Shown here: in pieces, positions 17,386 through 24,751 of the stretch | Layout: each line of letters opens with the position of its first letter | Numbering within the stretch: the stretch's first letter is position 1 | Assembly: GCA_903949225.1 (NCBI GenBank) | Contig: CAJAYZ010000238.1 | Span: forward strand, 1 to 37,560 | Length of the DNA stretch: 37,560 bases | DNA from: an uncultured Planctomycetaceae bacterium | GTDB lineage: Bacteria > Planctomycetota > Planctomycetia > Pirellulales > UBA1268 | Direction: 5' to 3' | Notes under the pieces: model-generated | Database searches by the model: none | Seen by the model: only the letters and a program-made list of their open reading frames with translations | Told to the model about the DNA's origin: nothing | Position numbers and translations under genes: made by a program

Positions 17386-18708
17386 ATGCCGGTCCCCCCC
17401 GACACCCAGCCCCTCAATCGCGGCGCCGTCACCCGGCGTGAAGCGCTCCGGTCCGGGGTTGCTGCCACGCTTGCCGCCGCGCGGGTGCTGGCGCCTTCGT
17501 TGTTTGTCGGCTGTTCGCTCGGCATCCCGCCGCGGGCACCGACGGTGAGGATCGGGCTGCTCCATTCGCAGACCGGGCCGCTGGCGATCGGCTCGACGTC
17601 GCTGCGCGACGTCGAGCTCGATGCCGTGGAGCGCTTCAACGCCGCCGGCGGAATCCTCGGATTCTCGATCGATCCCCGCGCCCCCGACCCCCGGTCGCGG
17701 ACCGACCTGTTCCCCAAGCGGGCCACGACGCTCCTCGATGACGGGGCTGTGGCGCTGTTCGGTTGCTGGTCGAGCGCCAGCCGCAAGGCGGTGCTTCCGA
17801 TCGTCGAGGAGCGCGACAGCCTCCTCTTTTATCCGGTGCAGTATGAGGGGAACGAGAGCTCGCGAAACGTGATCTATGGCGGGCAGGTGCCCAACCAGCA
17901 GGTCCTCCCGGCCCTCGATTGGCTGCGGAGTGGGCCGGGGGGGGAGCGAAAGAAGTTTTTCCTCCTCGGCTCCGACTATGTCTACCCACGGACGACGAAC
18001 TTTATCGTGCGGAAGTGGCTTGCCGGCACCGGCGTCGAAATCGTCGGCGAGGAATATTTTTCCCTCGACAGCAAAGACTTCGCCCCGGTGGTAGCCCGCA
18101 TCCGCGAGCGCGGGGCCGACTGCATCCTCAATACCGTCAACGGCTCCGGGAACATCGCGCTGTTTGCGGCGCTGGCGGAGGCCGGGATCGATCCGGCGAA
18201 GGTTCCCCTGGTGTCGACGAGCGTCTCGGAGGACGACCTGCGGAGCATGCCGGCCGCCCATTCGGCTGGCCACTGGGTCCTGTCGAGCTACTTCCAGACC
18301 GTCGACACGCCCGCAAACGCCGCCTGGATGGCCGGCTTCCGTAGCGAGTTTGGCGAGGATCGCGTCTTCGGCGATTCGATGGAGGCCGCCTGGTGCCTGA
18401 TCAACCTCTGGAAGGTGGCGGTCGAGCAGGCAGGGTCGTTTAGCACCGAGGCGGTTCGCCAGGTGTTTGCCGCCGGGATCGGGTTCGATGGCCCAGGGGG
18501 ACGCATGACGATCGATCCCGCCACGCAGCACGCCACGAAACACTTCCGGCTGGGACGGGTGCGTCCCGATCGGCTCTGCGACGTCGTTGTTTCGTCGGAT
18601 GGTCCGCTCGCTCCCGACCCCTATCCGCAGGTCGCGTTCCCCGGGTGGAAATGCGATTGGACGAAGGGGGGGCTCCAGCCCGGCCAGGAGGTGTCGATCG
18701 ATGGTTGA
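17386..18708 (+). CDS. UrtA/AmiC-family (urea/short amide) periplasmic binding protein with a Tat-like signal and a lipobox-like Cys
   Basis: TRREALRSGVAATLAAARVLAPSLFVGC is followed by IGLLHSQTGPLAI..TSL.D.EL.AVE..NAAGGILG...LFGCWSSASRKAVLPIVEE...LFYPVQYEGNE...NQQ..PALDWL...FFLLGSDYVYPRTTN...SYFQTVDTPAN. This is strongly collinear with UrtA/AmiC. The ATG lies 1 nt after the upstream stop. Confidence 0.85.
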   Translation: MPVPPDTQPLNRGAVTRREALRSGVAATLAAARVLAPSLFVGCSLGIPPRAPTVRIGLLHSQTGPLAIGSTSLRDVELDAVERFNAAGGILGFSIDPRAPDPRSRTDLFPKRATTLLDDGAVALFGCWSSASRKAVLPIVEERDSLLFYPVQYEGNESSRNVIYGGQVPNQQVLPALDWLRSGPGGERKKFFLLGSDYVYPRTTNFIVRKWLAGTGVEIVGEEYFSLDSKDFAPVVARIRERGADCILNTVNGSGNIALFAALAEAGIDPAKVPLVSTSVSEDDLRSMPAAHSAGHWVLSSYFQTVDTPANAAWMAGFRSEFGEDRVFGDSMEAAWCLINLWKVAVEQAGSFSTEAVRQVFAAGIGFDGPGGRMTIDPATQHATKHFRLGRVRPDRLCDVVVSSDGPLAPDPYPQVAFPGWKCDWTKGGLQPGQEVSIDG

Positions 18709-19375
18709 GTTCGACATCGAGGTCTCCGAGGGATGCCGCTGGCTCAAGGTCATCCTCGACGACGATGACGTCCGCACCGAGCGCGGCGCGCTCTATCGGA
18801 TGAGCGGCGACATCGAGATGGACGTGCCGCTGCCGTCACCGCGGGCGATGTTTGTTTCGATGTTCTCCGACGAATCGGTGGTCCGGCCGCGGTACGTGGG
18901 CACGGGGGAGCTTTATCTCGATTCGACCTTCGGCGGCTACCACATCTTCGACGTCCAGCAGGGGGAGCGCTGGATCCTCGAGCATCGTTGCTTCTGGGCC
19001 TCCGAAGGGGAGGTGAAACTCGCGATCCACCGCGAGCGGCTCTGGACGTCGTACTGGGCCGGCGAGGGATTGCTCTGGTACAAGACGGCGCTGGTTGGTG
19101 AGGGGAAAGTGGTCCTGAGCGTCGACGGCCCTGTCGAGGAGATCGAGCTCGACAACGAGCGGGTCGTGCTCGACGGGGGATTCGCGGTGGCCCGGACCAG
19201 CGGGATCACGATGCGGATGAAGCGCCCCGCCCGCTCCTATCTAAGCCACTGGCTGTCCGGGCAGAAGCTGTCGTGCGTTTACGAAGGGACCGGACGGCTG
19301 TTCATCTGTGCCGTTCCTTACTGGCGGCAGCGATTGCAGAAGTCGAAGGAAGCCGACTCCCTTGCGTACGGCTGA
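18701..19375 (+). CDS. AIM24-family (DUF124) protein
   Basis: MVEFDIEV...LKVILDDDDVRTERGALYRMSGDIEMDV...GTGELYLDSTFGGYHIFDV..GERWILEHRCFWASEGEVKL...GEGKVVLSVDGPVEEIEL...VVLDGGFAVA fits the AIM24 pattern. AGGAGG lies 9 nt upstream. The start overlaps the binding-protein stop by 8 nt (ATGGTTGA). Confidence 0.7.
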   Translation: MVEFDIEVSEGCRWLKVILDDDDVRTERGALYRMSGDIEMDVPLPSPRAMFVSMFSDESVVRPRYVGTGELYLDSTFGGYHIFDVQQGERWILEHRCFWASEGEVKLAIHRERLWTSYWAGEGLLWYKTALVGEGKVVLSVDGPVEEIELDNERVVLDGGFAVARTSGITMRMKRPARSYLSHWLSGQKLSCVYEGTGRLFICAVPYWRQRLQKSKEADSLAYG

Positions 19376-19376
19376 G

Positions 19377-20594
19377 ATGCTTGGCCTCGATCACCTACCG
19401 GGCCGGTCAGGGCATGGGTGCCAATCGGATCGCTTTCCTATGCCGTCGGGCCGAGGGCCCGGAATCTTTCGGCTGCTCGGTCTCGCCGCAGTGCTCCTCA
19501 TCCTCCCGGCGATCTCGAGCGAAGCCTGTCCGTTCTGCGGGCCTGTTGGCGATTCGCTGGCCCGGCGCCGCGACTCGGCAGGCTACGTCTGTATCGCCGA
19601 GGCTGCGGATCGGGCCCGGCCCGACGCTTCCGGACTCCTCGCCGGCTCGTTCCGGGTGATCCAGGTGCTGCCCGACACTCCCGGCCGGGTCGACGGCGAG
19701 CCCCCCACGCTGGTCACCGCCCGGGTGGCAGCGCCGGTGGAGGGGACGGCGGTGCTGTTCGGATCGGCCGAGTCGCCCGTGCGCTGGACAGCGGTGGCGG
19801 CGGACGAGACGCTCCTCGGGCATGTCGTTACGGCGCCAGCGATCACGGAGCCTGTCGGCGAACGGCTCGCGTGGTTTGCTGCCCGCCTCGAGCATCCCGA
19901 GCCGGCGATCGCCGACGATGCCTTCGCGGAGTTTGCCGTCGCCCCTTTCCCGGCTGTCCGCGAGGCGGCGGCGGCACTCGCGGCGCGGCCTCTGGCGACC
20001 TGGGTGGCCGATCCTGCCACCGACCAACGGCGAAGGGGATTCTATGGACTGGCGCTCGGCGTCGTCGTGGCGGAGGGATCGTCCGGCGGGAAGAGGCTGT
20101 CGTCAGCCGCTCTCCGGGCGGCACTCGAGACGGCTGGCGGTGACTTCCGTGCCGGGGCTGACGGGCTGATGGCGGGGATCCTCGTCGCCGAGGGCGTCGA
20201 TGGGCTCGATTGGCTCGCCGACCGGGCCAGTCCCGATCGGCCGGTCGATCAGCGTCAGCTCCTTGCGGCCCTCCGTTTCGCCCGTGAGTATCTCACCGGG
20301 ACGATTCCCCCCGCGAGGATCTCCGCGGTGACGGCGGAACTCGCCCAAAGCCCGGCGGTGGCTGCCCTAGCGATCATCGATTTGGCCCGCGCGGAGGCTT
20401 GGGAAGAGGTCGATGCGGTGGCAGCGTGGTGGGATGCGGCCGCCGACGATCCGCTCATCCGTCGTGCCGTCGCCGGGTATCTCGTTGCCTGCCCGTCGGC
20501 TGCGGCGCGGGAGCACCTCGATCGGATTGGCCGAGAGGATCCGGCGGCCTTGGCCGCCGCCCGAGCGGCGGCGGACTTACCGCTGGGACGCTGA
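19377..20594 (+). CDS. Exported hypothetical protein, second CPFC-motif paralog (no C-terminal anchor)
   Basis: ...GIFRLLGLAAVLLILPAISSEA-CPFC (Cys codons at 19527-19538). It shares blocks with the 13525-15129 product (see findings). The ATG at 19377 is 1 nt after the AIM24 stop. The ATG at 19440 would give a more canonical signal peptide (MPSGRGPGIFRLLGLAAVLLIL...). Confidence 0.65.
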   Translation: MLGLDHLPGRSGHGCQSDRFPMPSGRGPGIFRLLGLAAVLLILPAISSEACPFCGPVGDSLARRRDSAGYVCIAEAADRARPDASGLLAGSFRVIQVLPDTPGRVDGEPPTLVTARVAAPVEGTAVLFGSAESPVRWTAVAADETLLGHVVTAPAITEPVGERLAWFAARLEHPEPAIADDAFAEFAVAPFPAVREAAAALAARPLATWVADPATDQRRRGFYGLALGVVVAEGSSGGKRLSSAALRAALETAGGDFRAGADGLMAGILVAEGVDGLDWLADRASPDRPVDQRQLLAALRFAREYLTGTIPPARISAVTAELAQSPAVAALAIIDLARAEAWEEVDAVAAWWDAAADDPLIRRAVAGYLVACPSAAAREHLDRIGREDPAALAAARAAADLPLGR

Positions 20595-20639
20595 AGGCCG
20601 CGTTGGCGTCGGCCGACGAAGCGTTTCCCCGACGACGGG

Positions 20640-22982
20640 TTACCGGCCCTGCGTTGCCGCGGCATCGGCGGGGGTGCTGATGACCCGTCCCGACGGAGCG
20701 CTTTCGGCCTTCCAGCCGGTGAGGGCATTGCCCCAGGGCTTTGCCGATTCCAGCGTGATCTGCGAGACCGGCATGAGCACCGACGGCACGGCCGGCGGGA
20801 GCAGCGCGGCGGCGGCGGGGCTGGCGGCCTTCGCGGGATTCGGCAGCGGAGCGGGCGTCGGAATCTCCTCGAGCGGATTGCCACCGGCCGGAGCCTTGCC
20901 GTCGCCGGCCGGCTTGGGCGCGGGGGTCGACGTCTCCTCGTTCGTGGCCGGATCACGGGGGGGGAGTTGCTGGGCCCCTGTCCCGGCGCCGATGCCGTCG
21001 AAGTCCTGCGTGATCGGCCCGCGGCTGAAGACGCCAGGGCGGGAGTGGCCGTAGTCGAGGAACAGGCTGGCGTCCCGCTGCCGGGCCCGGCGGTAGGAAT
21101 CGAAGTAGGCCTTGCCGGGCCACGGGCCTTCGGCGAGGAACACGCCGTTGTATTCGAGGAGCGAGCCTTTGCGGAAATGGAGCTGGGCGATCGAGCGGTT
21201 GTAATCGACGACCGAGCGGTAGTAGGCGCTCTCGGCGTCGGCCCGACGGCGCTGGGCGTCGAGGAGCTGGTCGAGGGTCACGGTGCCGGCATCATAGGCC
21301 GCCTGGACCGCCTCCACCTGCCGCTCGGAGGCAACGCGGCGATTGAAGTTTGTCTGCGAGAGGGCGAAGTTCGTGTCGACGTTCCGCACCGCTTCGACCA
21401 GCGCGTGCGACACTTCCATCTCCTCGTCTTGGAGCCGGGAGCGTTCACGGGCGAGCTGGAGCTGATAGTTGCGGACGGTGGAGAGCTCGCGGCGGAAGCC
21501 GATCGGCATGAGGAACTGTGCCCCGGCCTGCCATTCCTGAAACCTCCCGCTGGAGAGCGTCGAGTAGGCGTCGGTGCCGTTGAGCGGGTCGAGACCTTCG
21601 GCGTTGTAGGGGCTGTAGTTCTGATTGATGAGCTCCTGACCCATGCCGAGGAACCGGTAATAGCCGTTCATGTCGAGCCGGGGGAGAAGGAGGTTCTTCG
21701 AAGCAACGAGCTCGAGCTCCTTCTGCTTGACCACCCACTTCTGTCGACGGAGCTCCGCCGACCGGGAGAGCGATTCGACGAGCGACTGCTGCCAATCGAA
21801 GGTGACTCGGGCCGTCGTCGGCTCGTCGGAGGGGCGGATGAGCCGGCCGTCGGAGGCCGAGAGCCCCATCATGTAGCGAAGCCTGTTCTCGCTCCGGTAG
21901 ACGTCGGTGAGCGCGTTCTCAACGTCGCTGCGGAAGAAGAAGTACTGCTCGCGGGCCTGGGCCTCCTTGTCAGCTTCTCCGCCGCGCGACTGCTCGACGT
22001 AGAGGGCGTGGACCTTGCGCCATGCCTCCAGCGCGCTGTCGCGGCCGGCCTTGCGGGCCTCGAGATTGCGGTAGGCGAAGTAGAGTTCCCAGTACGCCTG
22101 CTCGGTGTCGCTGACCATATTGCGGACACCGATCTCGAAGTCGGCCAGCGACTGATCAGCGAGCACGCGGGCAATGAGCACGCCGCGGAAGTTAGGGCGA
22201 CCGTTGATGTTGTTGAAAGCGTCGGGGCCGGCGATCCGGTTGTAGGTCAGCCCCGCGCCCTGGAGGAGGGGCTGGTTGAAGGTGAAGTCGTAGTTGGTGA
22301 GCCATGTCGACGGCACGCCGTCTTGGCGGATTGGGGAGTTGTTATTGTCGTAGACGGTCTGGTTTTGGATCCCGAACGTGCTGCCGGTCGCCGACACCTT
22401 GCTGATCCCGGTCGTCCACGTGCCGATGTCGCCGAGGAGTTTCTGCTGGAAGATCTGCGTGCCGACGCCGCCGACGTTCTGCGGCCGGTTCTGCCGGGCC
22501 CAGGTGAGCGAGCTGGAGAGCTGGGCATCAAACGACGCAAGCGCGCTCTCGACGCCGCGGAAGGGGTCGGTCTCGCTGATCGCCGGATCGTAGACGGTGG
22601 GGTAGGCGGCCGGATTGGTGAGCAGCGACACCGCCGGCTCGCCGGCCTGGGGCCGTGGGCCACCGAAGCTCTGGAAGCGGCCTCCGAGGCTCCTGAGCAC
22701 TTTGCCATTCTCGAGTGCCGTCCGGATGGCGTCCTCGAGCGACACCTCCCAGACCTGGTCGAAGTTGGCGTTGGAGAGCGTGAGCGGCTCGATCGTGCCG
22801 GCCGCCTCGTCGAGCGGCTGGTGGACCGTGTCGGGGTACTCGATCTTCTGGATGGCACCGACGTAGTGCGAGAGGTCGCCGTCCTCGAAGAAGTAGAACG
22901 GCTGCCGCGGGGCGCAACCGCTGGCCACGAGCGTGAGGCTCGTCATGACCGTCCAGGCTCGTCGCAGCAGGAGGTTTGGCAC
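20640..22982 (-). CDS. TolC-family outer membrane efflux protein (lipoprotein type) with a long Pro/Ala-rich C-terminal tail
   Basis: A GTG start at 22982 gives (M)PNLLLRRAWTVMTSLTLVASGC. The body has the typical OEP repeats (LSLEDAIRTALENG..., FNQPLLQGAG, LADFEI..R....D.EQAYWELY.A..NLEA, ...AQLHFRKGSLLEYN). The last approximately 150 aa are P/A/G-rich. The ATG at 22946 is an alternative start. Confidence 0.8.
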   Translation of the reverse strand: MPNLLLRRAWTVMTSLTLVASGCAPRQPFYFFEDGDLSHYVGAIQKIEYPDTVHQPLDEAAGTIEPLTLSNANFDQVWEVSLEDAIRTALENGKVLRSLGGRFQSFGGPRPQAGEPAVSLLTNPAAYPTVYDPAISETDPFRGVESALASFDAQLSSSLTWARQNRPQNVGGVGTQIFQQKLLGDIGTWTTGISKVSATGSTFGIQNQTVYDNNNSPIRQDGVPSTWLTNYDFTFNQPLLQGAGLTYNRIAGPDAFNNINGRPNFRGVLIARVLADQSLADFEIGVRNMVSDTEQAYWELYFAYRNLEARKAGRDSALEAWRKVHALYVEQSRGGEADKEAQAREQYFFFRSDVENALTDVYRSENRLRYMMGLSASDGRLIRPSDEPTTARVTFDWQQSLVESLSRSAELRRQKWVVKQKELELVASKNLLLPRLDMNGYYRFLGMGQELINQNYSPYNAEGLDPLNGTDAYSTLSSGRFQEWQAGAQFLMPIGFRRELSTVRNYQLQLARERSRLQDEEMEVSHALVEAVRNVDTNFALSQTNFNRRVASERQVEAVQAAYDAGTVTLDQLLDAQRRRADAESAYYRSVVDYNRSIAQLHFRKGSLLEYNGVFLAEGPWPGKAYFDSYRRARQRDASLFLDYGHSRPGVFSRGPITQDFDGIGAGTGAQQLPPRDPATNEETSTPAPKPAGDGKAPAGGNPLEEIPTPAPLPNPAKAASPAAAALLPPAVPSVLMPVSQITLESAKPWGNALTGWKAESAPSGRVISTPADAAATQGR

Positions 22983-23034
22983 GGTTGGGGGTCCGGCGTA
23001 CGGGCATTGAGGATCACGGTGATTCAAAAGCTGC

Positions 23035-23132
23035 CGCTGCGCCCAAGGGGTTCGCCCGTCGAAGCCGACGGACCGATCCCGACGCAGTGCCCCCCGACGC
23101 TGCATCCGACTCGCGTGCACTTGGGCGCAGCG
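23035..23132. repeat. 13-bp perfect inverted repeat (CGCTGCGCCCAAG / CTTGGGCGCAGCG) flanking 72 nt
   Basis: The arms at 23035-23047 and 23120-23132 were read directly, with an internal small hairpin CGTCG-AAGC-CGACG. It lies between the apbE stop and the TolC-like start, both on the minus strand. Confidence 0.85.
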
Positions 23133-23248
23133 ACGGCACGGGTGTTATCGTCGGCGTAACCGTCAAACTTCGGGGAATCGTCACCCCTTCCGGCAAAGTC
23201 GCCCGGTGCGGAGGAATGGGCAAGAAGGTGGGCAGGAAAGGTGGTTTT

Positions 23249-24256
23249 TTAGCGCTGTAGAGGGCGAGTGCGTTCCCCAACACCCGGCCAGCGACTCGTC
23301 TGCACCTCGCGGACGATCCTTTCACCGTCCCCGTCCACCGAAACGAACCGCCCGGCGCAGCCTGCCTGGTTTTCCAGGAGCGTCCGGCCGCGGACCGGCC
23401 CGAGGACATTCGCCGCGGTCGCCAGGGCATCGGCGGTGGTGGCGTCCGCGGCGATGACCGTCACCGCTGCCGGCCCGTCGATGCCGATCCCGGTGCGGGG
23501 ATCGACGATGTGGCTGTAGCGGCGGCCGCCGATCGCGACCGACTGCCTCGCATCCCCGCTGGTGGTGATCGCCGCGTGGGCGAGAAGCACCTCCCCGGTC
23601 ATGGCCGCCGGCGTGCCGGGGATCGGGTCGATCGCGATCCGCCACCCCTCCTCCCCGGGTGGCGCTCCCGAGGCTCCGACATCACCCGAGGCATCGACGA
23701 GGGCCGAGTCGATTCCCTGCTCGGAGAGGATTGCCAGGGCCCGGTCGATCGCATAGCCCATCCCAATGCCGCCGAGATCGAGTCGCATCCGCGGGCGGGT
23801 GAGCCGGACGCCGCGGGGGGCGGCGACGAGCACGAGGGCTCCGGCTCCCACCGCCGCCCGGGCGGCGTCGAGCTTCGCAGGGAGCGGGAGGGCACCGGAT
23901 CGGCGAGACTGACGCCAGAGGGTCGTCAGCGGCCCGACGGTCGGGTCGAAGGCACCGTCACTGGCGTCGCGGAACGCCACGGCGCGGGTGAGGACCTCCC
24001 ACATCTCGTCGCTCACTGGCACAGGGCTTTCCATCGGGGCCGCGGCCGAGAGCCGGGAGAGCTCGGAGTCGGGACGGTAGTCGGAGAGGATCGCCTCGAG
24101 CCGTTCGACCTCGTCGAGGGCCGCTGCCACCCCCCGCTCGCCGGCGGCAGGCCTGGCGGCGTAGACGGTGACGGTCCAGGGAACCCCCATCAGCCGCCGG
24201 CCGCCGGAGATGCGAACCAGCGGCACGTCGGCAGCCGACATGGTATTTTTCTTCAT
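23249..24256 (-). CDS. apbE: FAD:protein FMN transferase (ApbE family)
   Basis: RLMGVPWTVTVYA...ELSRL...FDPTVGPL..LW...LDLGGIGMGYAIDRA...SALVDASGD...HIVDPRTG... is collinear with ApbE. The ATG at 24256 is preceded by GGAGGGGAG. The upstream part of the 520-aa track ORF is an antisense shadow. Confidence 0.85.
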   Translation of the reverse strand: MKKNTMSAADVPLVRISGGRRLMGVPWTVTVYAARPAAGERGVAAALDEVERLEAILSDYRPDSELSRLSAAAPMESPVPVSDEMWEVLTRAVAFRDASDGAFDPTVGPLTTLWRQSRRSGALPLPAKLDAARAAVGAGALVLVAAPRGVRLTRPRMRLDLGGIGMGYAIDRALAILSEQGIDSALVDASGDVGASGAPPGEEGWRIAIDPIPGTPAAMTGEVLLAHAAITTSGDARQSVAIGGRRYSHIVDPRTGIGIDGPAAVTVIAADATTADALATAANVLGPVRGRTLLENQAGCAGRFVSVDGDGERIVREVQTSRWPGVGERTRPLQR

Positions 24257-24742
24257 ATGGAACTCTCCCCTCCGCCGGTCGTGATTCGTTTCGACTGCAC
24301 GCCCCTGCGTGCCCTCGCTCGTGCCGAGGTGCCGGCCGAGGCATCGCCCCGGTTCCGCGCGCTGGTCGGGCGGATGCAGGCCGCGGTCGCCAAGCATGGC
24401 GTCCGCAATGCCTATTATCTCACGAACGCCTCCTGCACGTTCCGGTTCACGAATGCCCCGGAGCGTGGATGGGTGGCCTTCGATGTCGAAGGAACCGTCC
24501 TGACCGACGATCTCGACACCCACACGGTGGGGAGCGATCTGACGGTGAAGCTCACCAAGGAAACCTGCGACTGGCTGACGCAGCCGGCCGTTGCCTGGCT
24601 CGACCTCAGCGTCCGCCGTGCGGTCGAGGCGGAGTTCGACCGCTACATCGCCGCCGGCGATCTGGGGCGGACGCTCGAGCGACTGGCCCGCGAACAGGCC
24701 GACAGCGATGCCGCCGGCGGGTTCCTCGGGATGAATCTGTAA
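24257..24742 (+). CDS. Hypothetical 161-aa protein, divergent from apbE
   Basis: This frame has strong G/C third-position bias from the ATG at 24257 to the TAA at 24740-24742. I recognised no family. The start is uncertain; the GTG at 24281 and the ATG at 24374 are alternatives. Confidence 0.5.
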   Translation: MELSPPPVVIRFDCTPLRALARAEVPAEASPRFRALVGRMQAAVAKHGVRNAYYLTNASCTFRFTNAPERGWVAFDVEGTVLTDDLDTHTVGSDLTVKLTKETCDWLTQPAVAWLDLSVRRAVEAEFDRYIAAGDLGRTLERLAREQADSDAAGGFLGMNL

Positions 24743-24751
24743 AGAGCGCGG

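Noticed and set aside
17293-18777. A 494-aa minus-strand ORF.
   Set aside because: It is antisense to the UrtA/AmiC-like gene, which aligns end to end with its family.
20607-20618. A 12-bp palindrome CGTCGGCCGACG between the convergent stops at 20594 and 20640.
   Set aside because: As RNA it would leave no loop and only a stem of about 4 bp, and there is no U-tract. It is not convincing as a terminator.
20967-23159. A 730-aa + strand ORF.
   Set aside because: It is antisense to the TolC-like gene. It is highly Gly/Arg/Val/Glu-rich with no recognisable domain.
23510-24256. The N-terminal 249 codons of the 410-aa + strand ORF (23510-24742).
   Set aside because: They are antisense to apbE. 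Only the part downstream of the ATG at 24257 is free of a competing, better-supported gene.
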